Positions 1 to 12,204 of a stretch of DNA of 64,000 bases are shown one piece after another; positions within the stretch are counted from its first letter, which is position 1, and each line of letters opens with the position of its first letter. The DNA comes from Tricharina praecox (Eukaryota). Below the pieces are notes generated by a model. The model did no database searches. It had not been told where the DNA came from and saw only the letters and a list, made by a program, of their open reading frames with translations. Made by a program: the position numbers and the translations under genes. The DNA lies in contig NW_026250431.1 of the NCBI RefSeq assembly GCF_024521635.1, positions 186,001-250,000 on the forward strand, written 5' to 3'.

Positions 1-837
1 CACCATCCATAGACACAGTGCACTGCCGGTGGACTATCCCAGATAAAACTCGTAAAAAATATCAGGATGACATCGAGTGGCCGATGGTGACGATGATTAT
101 ACGGAGGAGGATGGTGATCTAAACTGCACATCTCTCTGTTATGTAAACCTTCTGTTGCCCGCAGTGTTTTCTCTATAGGTATTACAATACATTATATCGG
201 TTTGAGGGAACGCAGAAAACAACCCCCCAGAAGAGAATGATCTCAACTCGGTGAGAAGGTGCAACTTCGTATTTTGCTCATGTGCTTAATGAGATCGTAT
301 CGGTAGAAGCGGGAGCACCACATGCCAGTAGGATTGCTCAGGAAACAGACCATTTCGCCAACATCCGAGTATTTCTATCTCGGAGTCACGCGAAGGTATT
401 TTTCTTTTGTCGAATCATTGACCTCACGCAAAGGCATTAGTCGCTGGCGGAACTAGTGAAACAAACGAGTGCGAATGAGAGCATGCTGTGAAGGTCTGCG
501 ATTGCGCAACAGCGACTGTCAGGAGGGGGCGAGTCACGGAGGAACTCGCACGTAGGTCCCTTTAATTGGACTATTAGAGAGTGCGGCTCGCCTTTGGAGC
601 CCCCATTCCCTGGAACATCCTCACCCACGGTACACACACATTCTCCTTCCAAAAGGGCGACTCCACCGTGTTTCCCGTACTCTCACGGAATCCGTCGTCG
701 TGGTTCATCCATCACAGAAGTTATAACATCGCAGAAAGGCACATATAACAGATTGCCGTGGTGTATTCGCAACCGAAATCTCTCAACAGAACACAGTTCA
801 GCATCAAATTCCATCGAAACGGTGCTCTCGCCGAGGG

Positions 838-1456
838 TCAGTCCTCCGACTCGACAATGAACCTTCCCCAAAGCAGTTCGCCGATGAAGATGCCAGCCAG
901 AGCACTAAAGATATATCCCACATTGTACGTCATGACGGCCAACATGCTTCACACGATCAGTTTCCACACAGTACTACCAATCGACCCTGGGGAAGACTTA
1001 CAGTAGAAACTCGACTCCCGTGATTACCGTCATCATCAGCGCACGTATGAGGTCGCACCACTCCATGGAGCTCCTGCCATGGGGCCGCGCCCAGATTCCG
1101 GAGCACGTCCACTTCGTCTGATGCGAGAGGTCACTCGACAGGTAGTATTGGGCGCGGCGATTGTTTTCGTGCACCGTCCAGCGCCTCTCCATGACGTGTT
1201 TCAACGCGATCAAGAGGCGGGCAGTGAAGCCGAGGAGGATGAGGAAGATGCAGATGCCCACGTAGTCGCCGAAGCTGGATGGGACGAAGGCGCGGCCGTA
1301 AAGCAGCGTTACGGTGGAGGCGATGAAGCCCATCGGCATGTTGTGCATGCTGCTGTTGTTCGAATCCGGTGAGGACCCCGAGTGCAAGATGGATTTGCAG
1401 TTATTGTTGGGACCAGCCACTGGGGCGGTCGGTGGATGGTGATGCGATGGATCCAT
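838..1456 (-). CDS. Ctr-family copper transporter (2 exons: 1456-1002, 946-838)
   Basis: His/Met-rich N-terminus (MDPSHHH..MHNMPMGF) and a TM segment (YVGICIFLILLG). Removing intron 1001-947 (GTAAGT..CTGAT..AAG) gives the Ctr MxxxM motif in LLMLAVMTYNVGYIFSALAGIFIGELLWGRF, with TGA at 840-838. Confidence 0.9.
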
Positions 1457-1765
1457 TTTTCGTGTTGGTGGTGAGTGTGGTGGTGGAGGTTTATCGAAGA
1501 TATCGTAGTTATCAAGAGGAGGTAGAGAGAGCAGGTAGGAGTTGGTCAGTGAGGCTTTATAGCGTCAATACATTGAAAGTTCGCTGCCGAATAAATCCAT
1601 TCAAGAGAGGCTGCTCCCAGTCGCCATCACGTTTCATACAACGGCATCGATCGCCCAGTTGTTCTGCTTCATCTCGACCCTAGCCCCACACAGAAAAACC
1701 CTGGGCCCGAAAAGCGGGCGGATGAGTGTCGTGCGCATTGAAGCACCCTCCTGTCTAAGTACACT

Positions 1766-2521
1766 TCACTCGTCAACATAATACAGTTCGTCCAGTCTCT
1801 CGAATTCCTCCTCGATCGCCCACACCACCGGCACCCACTCCTCGACAGAAATCAGGTCCAGCCTCCTCGGATTCACATCGACGAGTAGCCTCGAGACATC
1901 CGGAAACTGCCAGAATGGTTTCTGGTGATACGAGGCAAAGGCACAGGTGATCCCCAAGCAATGTTCGTTCCGAATGGAGATTTCCTCGCGCCGTTCGAGC
2001 CTGATGAGGAGCTTGTACAGGATCCGTGAGATGGCGTAGACGCTGTAGTCGCCCCACATCTTTCCACCTCGATGTAGGTGTCCGAACGGCAGTGTGGTAT
2101 CGAAATATTCGGTCAGCTGGTGTTTGATGCCGATTGCTGCCCGGCGGACCGCGCGTGCGCTTGTCAGGATTCGACGGCAGGTGGTGGAGTAGTCTTCGTT
2201 GTCCTTGCTGTCTACAGATGACAAGTTAGAGAAGATGTCTGACCGGATAAACTGGATGTAGCTACCTCTCTGAACCCTCTCCAGCTCGGAAGCCTCATCC
2301 CATAGGGACAATTCCACAATTGGGCACCGAGACTTTGCAGGCGTCTCGATCAGGGGATGAAGGAAGACGAGCTTGGTGCACAGCGTACGACGATGGAGGA
2401 GCCACACGCTGTTCGCCAGGTGGCAGGTACTGGCGAGCCGTGTTGCGCTTTCGAGATGGTCAAAAGATGTGAAGATTTCGCCCCAGAGCTCCAGTGGGAG
2501 GGTGGCGAGGGAGGTTGGCAT
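1766..2521 (-). CDS. Hypothetical protein with N-terminal F-box-like motif
   Basis: 251-aa intronless ORF beginning SLATLPLELWGEIF..L..TC. Confidence 0.65.
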   Translation of the reverse strand: MPTSLATLPLELWGEIFTSFDHLESATRLASTCHLANSVWLLHRRTLCTKLVFLHPLIETPAKSRCPIVELSLWDEASELERVQRGSYIQFIRSDIFSNLSSVDSKDNEDYSTTCRRILTSARAVRRAAIGIKHQLTEYFDTTLPFGHLHRGGKMWGDYSVYAISRILYKLLIRLERREEISIRNEHCLGITCAFASYHQKPFWQFPDVSRLLVDVNPRRLDLISVEEWVPVVWAIEEEFERLDELYYVDE

Positions 2522-4194
2522 TGCTGCGGGGGGAGAGCTGTGATAGGTGAGGCGATATTGATGGGTGGAAGACCCCCGATAAGACGGTGCAACGAGAAGG
2601 TTAGCTGTAGGATTCGACGATAGACATGTACCGGTGCTATGGACTTATAGCAGTACAATAGGTAGTGGGTGCGGGGTGCGGGGTGAGAACGCGTGGTGGG
2701 GTTGGGCTGTCCCCTTGCTTACGGCCGCGCTTCCCTTCCTGGAATGGGAGGGAGCATGTGATGATGTGGGACCAAAGAACGGGCCACGGAGATGAACGTG
2801 GAGGGCATGGCAGATGCGGATCGGACTTCTCAAACAGCCAACTCGGGCGTCCTGCTGCGAAGACGGCAACTGACTGGAAAGTACGGCCCACATCGCCAAA
2901 AGATGCCACGGAAATCATGCCGACAGTCACCTATTATTTGCACGACAAAGTATAACACTCAGGAATTATCACCAAGTCGCCGCAAATGGCGATCAGCAAC
3001 CTTCACGCTGGAGTGGAATGGCCATTGCCGGTTGAACATTCGCATTCATGGCCATCCCAAGTGATCGAACACAAAATATATGACTGGATGCTTCCCAAAT
3101 ACCTGCAACTGGTCACTATTGGTCACAATATCGGAGAATATTGAGTGCAGTGTGCTACCAGTCAGTTCCAGGACCCCCGCCGTTCTATCAATTTGCTAGG
3201 GACTGAGCCTTGTGAAGCCCTAGTCCAACAAATATCAGCACCAGATCAGACTGTCATGGAGAGCCCCACAGGACTGGCGGGCGTACAGCTCTTTGAGAGC
3301 TCTGGTGCAGATTCAAAACTCTGTTTATAGAAGCTCGAACAGCGTTGAAACTCCACCAGTTCGTGAAGCCTTCCAGCTGTGTGTCGAAAACCGCTCGGGC
3401 TCACAGGTGGAGAAGGCTCGACATAGTCGTGTACCCAGCGGCAGTCCGTCCAGTCCAGATACTCTCACCAGCTGACCAGTCCCCCGTCCAGGCCTTCGGA
3501 CGGACTCGACACGGCGGTGCGGAAGTCGCTTAATATGCTTCCAACGCTCGCTCCGCAACGCTGCTTTTCCGGGCAGTATCCTGATGGTCTTGTGTGTCTC
3601 GATGATGTATCTCAGCTGGTTACGTCAGTGACACATGTCATGACGATTCCAGCATGAATACAGTACCGTACGGATTCTTACGTTCCGCCACCCAGTTGCC
3701 TCGCACTAGGAATGTGCGGCATCGTGTTTAGTCGCCTGCAGACATGCTTCTGGCGGTCAGGAGGGGCCGCTGTCTGGGTAATACTCTGGCGGGTTGGGTT
3801 GGCTATTGCGGAGGGCTGGCTGTGGTTGCGATGTTCCTGTGGCGGTTCGGTTGCGGGAGTGTAACGGGACCTACCGACTGCAGAGCCTCACTCGTTGAAT
3901 CCACGTGACCTCACGAGGTCTCACTCCCCGATCTGCACATTCGTCCGCATTCTATTCCGCCCAATCATCCACTTTCTACGTTCACTTTCGCCGACGGAAA
4001 TACGCATAAAACCCCCCCCTCGAACTCCGACACATTCCTTCCTCATCCATCTCAACAACCGAACCGAAGCGAACATCGAATCAAATCAAATCATCACCCC
4101 CATCCTCGAATCGAAACACCACACCACACCTGCTTCGATATCTACATCCGCACTTCGAACACCACCAACGAAACACTCATCACTGACAAGCACA

Positions 4195-4412
4195 ATGATC
4201 TCTGCCACCACCGAGCTCGTTAACCGCGTCTGCATGTGCGGATGCGGCGGCCCCAAGAAGTGCGCCTGCGGCGAAGGATGCGGCTGTGGAGGCTGCCTTC
4301 CCTGCGTACGTCCCCCCTTCCCCCCTTCCCCCCACAATCGACTGCTACTCTATTATAGGATCGTGCTAACAATAGTGACCAGAGCGACGATGCTGAGACT
4401 GAGACCAAGTAA
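4195..4412 (+). CDS. Putative metallothionein (46 aa; exons 4195-4305, 4383-4412)
   Basis: CACAATG start context. MISATTELVNRVCMCGCGGPKKCACGEGCGCGGCLPC has 9 Cys in CxC motifs. Intron GTACGT..GCTAAC..CAG; last exon SDDAETETK*. The alternative acceptor at 4375 would stop right after the last Cys. Confidence 0.75.
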
Positions 4413-4884
4413 GCCGTTACGGTGGAGATAATTGGGTGGAACGGGGGCGGGATACCTGGGCGGAAAGGGGTCGTGTCTTGCTTGTTTCTGTTCTGTTTTT
4501 TTTCATTGTCGCAGTGTTTGGTGGAGGGTCGGGCTTGAGTCTTGAGTGCGAAGTCTGATTGAGAGGGAATTGAAGGGATTTGCGGTTCAATCGTATGGTG
4601 TGCACAGTGACGCTGGTGTTTGCAGCTGATAAGTTGCAATTGCAACCTTATATGGTACCTATGGGCGTCGCTTATAGTGATGGCCGCACGAGTGACGACC
4701 GTTTGCTATCACCAAATACCCCGTCCTCCATATGTACCCTTTCTCGCCCACCGTCACTGTCACAATCCCGACTCATATATCATGTAGCAATCCGCATTGC
4801 AGCGACACATGTTTTCTTCGGAAGCCCCCAATAGTGTTCTCCTTCCCCAGCCATCAAAGTTCAAGCTTTCCGTGCACGTGTATC

Positions 4885-5292
4885 ATGAATGGCACCGTGA
4901 TCTTGAGCAAACTGCTCGCACTGACGTCGGTGGGGGTACTCGCGAACCAGGAACCATGCGCTCCCATTGGCGACTGCCGGTATCAGCCCCAAGGGCTTGA
5001 CCCCACCCAGTGTACCATCAGTATAGAAACCGCTACTATACTTGGGTCGACATCGGTGCGGAAGTTGGTGCGGACCTGGGCGTGTCGTTGGTTTAAGCCT
5101 CGGGGCGAGGCGGGGGAGCAGGGATATTTCCCGCACTCCCCCACTGGCGCAGTGTCATACGATCGGCTGCTAACACACCAGATGCCTGACGAACGATGCG
5201 CAATCGTGACGAATAAACCATACACATCTCGTCCTCTCGATGATATTATGCGGCGGCAGCTGGAGGGTTTACTTCACCGATCACTAATTTGA
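4885..5292 (+). CDS. Possible small secreted Cys-containing protein
   Basis: ORF with a signal-peptide-like start (MNGTVILSKLLALTSVGVLA) and several Cys; no recognisable family. Confidence 0.2.
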   Translation: MNGTVILSKLLALTSVGVLANQEPCAPIGDCRYQPQGLDPTQCTISIETATILGSTSVRKLVRTWACRWFKPRGEAGEQGYFPHSPTGAVSYDRLLTHQMPDERCAIVTNKPYTSRPLDDIMRRQLEGLLHRSLI

Positions 5293-5540
5293 GCCCGGGA
5301 AGAAAGCCGGTCTATTACTACTATTCGCTGCCGTCGCTGCAGCCTGCTATCCTGTGGAGCCCACAGACCGAAAAACACAAAATTCAGAAAAAGAAAAGAC
5401 CAAAGAAAAGGTTAAAGAAAAGGCCAAAGCAAAGGCCAAAGCAAAGCAAACAATCCACCGCCCAATACGCCGAGTTACGCCACATCCATCACAGCCCTTT
5501 CCGCCGCCTCCTTTTCTCCCATCCCCCGTGCACCTGGCTC

Positions 5541-5882
5541 TCACGCCGCCTTCTCCCACGTCCGCCACTGCCTAGTATCGGTCCCCTTCCCGGCCTTCAC
5601 CAGCGTCCCATCCCACGCCATCTCGAACATGGCCAGAACATACTCTGCCTCCTTCGCCAGTTTCTCGTCGGTCGGTGCGTCCTCGTCCGCCCAGTGCACC
5701 CGTCGTGTCGCTGCGAGGGTTGCATTGCGCTCGGCCATGTGTTTGGCGGCTTCGGCGCGCCGTGTGGAGCGGGTCATGATTCCGCGCGGCTTCTCGATGC
5801 GGGAGCGCCGTGAGGCGACGGTCTGCGCGTGTGTGGTTCGCTCCCGGTGTGCGGCTGTGCGCTGCTGCGGTTGGAGCTGCAT
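5541..5882 (-). CDS. Hypothetical protein
   Basis: 113-aa ORF with coding-like composition and a plausible ATG context; no recognisable domain. Confidence 0.35.
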   Translation of the reverse strand: MQLQPQQRTAAHRERTTHAQTVASRRSRIEKPRGIMTRSTRRAEAAKHMAERNATLAATRRVHWADEDAPTDEKLAKEAEYVLAMFEMAWDGTLVKAGKGTDTRQWRTWEKAA

Positions 5883-5968
5883 GCTGATGGTGGTGGTAGC
5901 GTGGGTACCGGTGTGGGTTTGTGGGTTTGTGGTTTTCGTTTCTGATTCGCGGGCGTTTCAGAGCTAGT

Positions 5969-6083
5969 TCCTCGAATGCACGGAGAAGAAGGCGGCTTTG
6001 TGTATCTTCGAGAGCTCGGAGAATAAGGTGTCTTTATGTATCCTCGGAAGCACGGAGAATAAGGCGTCTTTAAGTATCCCTCG
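5969..6083. repeat. ~36-bp degenerate tandem repeat, about 3 units
   Basis: Core CGGAGAA(T/G)AAGG(C/T)G..TTT recurs with 36-bp period; the minus frame reads DALFSVLPRIHK/DTLFSELSKIHK/AAFFSVHSR. Confidence 0.6.
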
Positions 6084-9000
6084 AAAATGCTCCTCCCGCC
6101 TCCACAGCCCTTCGAAAGCCTCGCGCTGTTTGCGGTGTGCGCTGTCGTCGTCGGGACCGAGGAGAAAAAAAAGCTCCCTGCAGGTCAACGTGGAGAATTA
6201 GAACGCGTAGCTTACGCTAAATAGAATTCAGCTGGTGGACCTATCAGGCGAGCCGTAGGGATGCTTACTGCAGCGGGTGCTCAGGGCGGCAAGCGGTGAG
6301 GGGTTACTACCCGGAGTACTGGCCTATCGTTGCGACGTGTTCGCGATGGGCGGTGATTCCAGGGGCAAGGGAATGAACAGCGGGCGGTAAACAAGCGGCG
6401 AGAAATGCGATGGACGCTGGAATGATGCGCAGGGTACCCAGCATAGGTAATCCGGAGGGGACTGAGCATAATGCGGAGAGGAGGCGACGTGTGGCTGGAA
6501 AGAGAACTACGATGAAGACACAGAGTTTCCACGCTGACCATCAGCTGCGGTTGGCGTCTCCGCACAGCAAGGCTTGGTTCGCGTGGATAAGAAAATGGGT
6601 AGGTATCATACGTTCTGGGGAAGACGGTGATGTACATACGTTGGCCATCACACAATGTCCGCCCGTTGAAAGACGGCATTTGTGTCGCTGGACCGACCGA
6701 CGCGGTGGAATCGAAATGAATAGGTGCAAACAGGCAGAGTTCATCCGTAACCTTAAGTGGCGTGAAAAGAACGTGCCAACGGCCATTCTCAGAACTGCAT
6801 TGGAGTCAGATCCAGTGACCGAATCGTGAAGAATGGTGATGGCAGTCGTCGGGAGCAGGCTCGGCTGTACAGGTAATAGGACGAACCAGCGACGGATCAA
6901 CACCGTTCCTGGCCGTCACATTCAGACGAATGCATTGGTGGCCAATACACAGATGCCGTTTCCATGTTCACTGACCAACCCAACTTTCGTGAAGCGGCCA
7001 GATGTGGCTTCCCCAACCCTCCGCCCTGGCCTTTCCTATCGTGAATATAAGTCCAGGAGATGAGCGAGACTGGGATATTCAGCAGTGAAAGGAAAGAGTT
7101 CACGGATTAGCTTGACGGCGGAGGACTTGAACACTCATGTTTGCTACCCCCGAATGGCAGCCACACTTGTCGTAACAGAAGGTGTTTGCCGGCCACAATT
7201 TCCAGTTAGAATGCTCCAGTACCATTGTATAAGATGTGGTATTCAGTCTTGTTTCATCATTTATAGCAGGCGACTACATACATATCCCTCCCCCTCAACC
7301 GCCGCTTCTTTATCCTCCTCCATATCTCTTCCCTATCCTCCTCCATATCTCTTCCCTATCCTACTCCTCCTCTCTTCTCCATCTACCCAGTAGTTCACCG
7401 ATCCCTCCAGAGGAGCCTACCTAATTCCAACCCCCGCCTCCGCCTCCGCCGCTGCCGCAAGGCTCCACCTCACTCCAGCCCAGTCCTACTTTATTTTTCA
7501 TTTTCCGGAAGGCCATCAACATTACCAGAGGCCTCCTTTCCCAGTTCGTGGCTAGTTTCCACAGCTAGTAGGCCGAAGGGTGCGTCCCCTACGTTAGATA
7601 TCTCGCGTATCTCTCTCCAGTCCCGCCACTCCCAACGCCACGCGGTGGCTTGCGTGGTCGCCTCTATCGGAGACGATGAGCCTCTAGCAACAGCAGCTCG
7701 CAACTTCCTGACATGTAGAGTACGGGACCACCAGCCTAGGCCTCCGAATGGGTGACTTATTCGACCCGACTATCGTCACCACTGAAAAAAAATTAGACGC
7801 ACCCCTCTCCAGCCACATCCGCTTGTCCCAGAAGCCGAGAACATGCGAAAAAAAGGAAATTCTCATATTGTCGGTACCATGAATCGAACATGGGTCTAAG
7901 CTGATCCGTTGGAACCACAAAGCTTCGTACTAACCACTATACTATACCGACTTGATACACTCTGATCACCCAACTGCCATGTTCAATCTCGGCAAGGCTC
8001 GCTGGAGAGGTACAATGACCGTGGTGGGCGTGAAGCTGGGTTATCTAATGAACATGGTGTACAACATACATGTTAGGTGTTTACTCTACTCGTCAAGAAG
8101 GCACCCATGCTTGGTACCAGGTTGTCTCATCACGAGACCTTGTGGTGGATGCGAAGTACGTTCGTATGCATAGCTTCAGATCTTCCGGTCCATCGAGATA
8201 GACATGGCCAGCCACATTTCTACCAATGCCGCAGCTTTTCCGGTTATTTCGGGCTGCACTGCCACAGTCACGGCCACGTCTGGTTACATATTCACAGGAA
8301 TCGAGCATCGACCAACGGTGTCGAGTGGGCTCCTCCGTTACAGCCGTTGACCTTCGACTCGCCAGCCTTGTTGTCTACCTACCTTCCATCGGACCCACCT
8401 GGCCAGATGACGTCGATTTAACCATAAGACGGAACACAGTAAGCTGACAGCCGAGGCGAAGGACCCGGAAAACAACCCGGAAAACAACCCCGGTACCGTA
8501 CCTACTGCAAGGCTCCAACTGCCCACGATGTGCGCGGGTACGCGGGAGCGGTGCTACGTTCTGGTGCAAGGAATACGCACTACGCACTACGCACTACCTA
8601 CACGAAGGAAAATTTATCGAGCGGGATGGGCAGCGAGTGAGCGGTCGTGACCTGGGATAAAGAGGGGTACTATTCGGCCTGATTCCTCACGATGTTCCGC
8701 AGGTGGAAGCTGGGCGGATGAGGACTCAGGAGGCGTGGCTACCAGGGCGGTCGGTCGGAGCGGTAGAGGATGCTGCTGCGAGCGTGGAGCCTCCGGGATC
8801 AATATTGGGACATAGGTTGCGAGGAATGCGCACGCCACGACGGAAAGCGACGGAGCAGCACGGTACGCAGGCTGACTGCCCAGACATCGACACCTGGGGC
8901 CTATGTACCTAGGTGGCGGCGGTGGCCAGTTCCCAGGCATAACTACCGTGGAAAGCAGAAGTAATTTCCAATATTCCCAATCTCTCCCCGTTAGTTTCTT

Positions 9001-9356
9001 TGTCTCTGTTGGTCAAAGCATTATCTTGCATGAACACAGTGACGGCAGTACCGTACATACGCAGATCCCATGACTGACAACCCGAGAGATATGTAGACGC
9101 TCGATGTGGAGCACGCACATATGATCAACTTCATCCCAGATTGTGGTGTGGTGCCGGACCCCGGTCGGCGTCACGTAGTTTTCTGTAGCTCCGTCTTGGC
9201 CCTTGCAAAAAAGCTCGACCGACCGTGGCAACGGTGTAAGTAAAAGTAAAACACCAAGAGTTCTGCACTCACGCGCGCCAGACATCCCGCCCCACCCTCC
9301 ACCACGTACCCCCCACCGATTCTCCCCCCCAAACGGAACGGAATAGAACGGCGAAC

Positions 9357-10418
9357 ATGTCTACCCAGGAGATCACCAAGAAGCGGAAGCGATCGGACAA
9401 GGCCTCGGACGATGTAGTGACGGCGACGGTGAAGGGCGACAAGGCGGAGAAGACCGAGAAGCCCGAGAAGACGGCGAAGTCGGGCGAGAGCAAGAAACGG
9501 AAATCCGACAAAGTGCAAGACGCGGAAGTGCAAGAAGTGGGGGACAAGAAGAGCCGAAAGAAGAAGAAGCGCTCGAAGGAGGAGGAGGCCGCCGAGGGTG
9601 AGGGCGACGCTACCACCACGGTAGAGGCTGCTGCTGCAACAGTCGGAAGCGCCGCCCAGGAGGAGAAGCCTGCGAAAACCAAGAAGAAGAAGGTGGAGGC
9701 TGCTGCTGCCACCGTGAAAGGTGATAAGGAGGAGAAGTCTGCAAAGCCGAAGACGAAGAAGAAGAAGCCTGCGGCGAAGAAGGACCCGAAATCGAAGGAC
9801 ACCACCACGGAAGGAGGAGAAGATGCGGCGGAGTCCACGGAAGCGAAGAAAAAGTCGCGGTTCATAGTCTTCATCGGTCCGTCTCCTCGTGCCCTCGTCC
9901 CCCGTCTCCACGGCCCGACTGCTAACAGTCAGTCGCAGGCAACCTCCCCTACACAGCCACGAAGGCCACCGTGACCACGCACTTCGCCGCCGTCGAGCCT
10001 ACCTCCGTCCGTCTGCTCACCATGAAGGACAACCCGACCAAATGCAAGGGCTACGCGTTCCTCGAGTTCGCACGCTACGACAAGATGGAGCTGTGCCTGT
10101 CGAAATTCCACCACAGCATGTTTAACGATGGAAAGTCGGAGCCGAGGAAGATCAATGTCGAGTTGACGTACGTTTTTCCTCCCCAACCCTGGATGGATGG
10201 ATGGATGGCTGAACTGACTGTTCGGGATATACAGTGCGGGAGGTGGCGGAGGGAAGAGTAAAGTGCGCAGGGATAAACTGGCGGTCAAGAACGAGAAGCT
10301 GCGCGAGGAGCGACAGCGTACGGCTGCGGAGCGGGTGAAGGACAGGAGTGAGCGTAAGGCTCAGGCCGACGATGAGGGCAATGGGATGCACCCGAGCCGA
10401 AGACGTCGTCTGGATTAA
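9357..10418 (+). CDS. NOP6: Nucleolar RRM protein Nop6-like (3 exons)
   Basis: Lys/Glu-rich N-terminus; spliced RRM RFIVFIG|NLPY..KCKGYAFLEF..RKINVELT|AGGGG; C-terminal MHPSR motif; TAA at 10416-10418. Confidence 0.85.
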
Positions 10419-11107
10419 TTAGCAATTGTCGTGCGCTGGAAGGTCACATCGGTATCTGTAAGCTTTGGAATGTTCACATCAGTATGTGTGAGCTCTGGAA
10501 AGGTCACCGCGAGGTATAGAGATCTAGTCAGATAGATGGAAAGGAATACCATTTGATGTTTGGAATACTCCGAAAGGCACCGGGAAACGACGCCATTGCC
10601 TACAAGTGCATGATCTTAAAGGATTCAATCGCGAAACCGCCCAAACACAGAAGCGCCGTGACCACCATAGAGGGGGTGTTATGTTTGAGTAGGGAGTCGG
10701 TTTCACGAAGGGAGAACGATGAGATGAGACAGAGACAGAAACAGAAACAACAATTGTACACAAACGACCTACTAGTTAAACACAACGTTCTGATGCGCGG
10801 AAAAGAAAAGAGAAACTACATGGTGGAACAGAACTTGGGGCAAGAAGAGGGGGAATAATAAGAAGGAAAAGAAAAAAAGGAAAAAAACATTCGCAACCTT
10901 GAAGCACACTTGTTATCGCGATCTTGCGGGGGAAAGCCATCATCAGAAAGAAGTCGTGTGCCAAATGGCAACCCATTCACAATCACCGACTAGGACGTAA
11001 AGGAAAACAGGGAAAGACATGCTGGCAAACACAGAGACACAAATGTTGAAAGAACCTCGTGACTCGCTCCCGCCTCTCCAAGTACACCGATTCGCGGTAT
11101 CCAGTGC

Positions 11108-12204
<1,097 letters not shown>

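Noticed and set aside
272..280. TTTGCTCA Mac1-type copper response element
   Set aside because: It is a single copy lying 3' of the Ctr gene rather than in its promoter; chance occurrence is plausible.
7290..7920. Possible retroelement tail next to a CT-rich simple repeat
   Set aside because: No RT/RNase H motif, poly-A or TSD could be established.
9171..9911. Long antisense ORFs here and over RPL21, RSM22, the SDR and NOP53
   Set aside because: They are shadows of GC3-biased real genes on the opposite strand.
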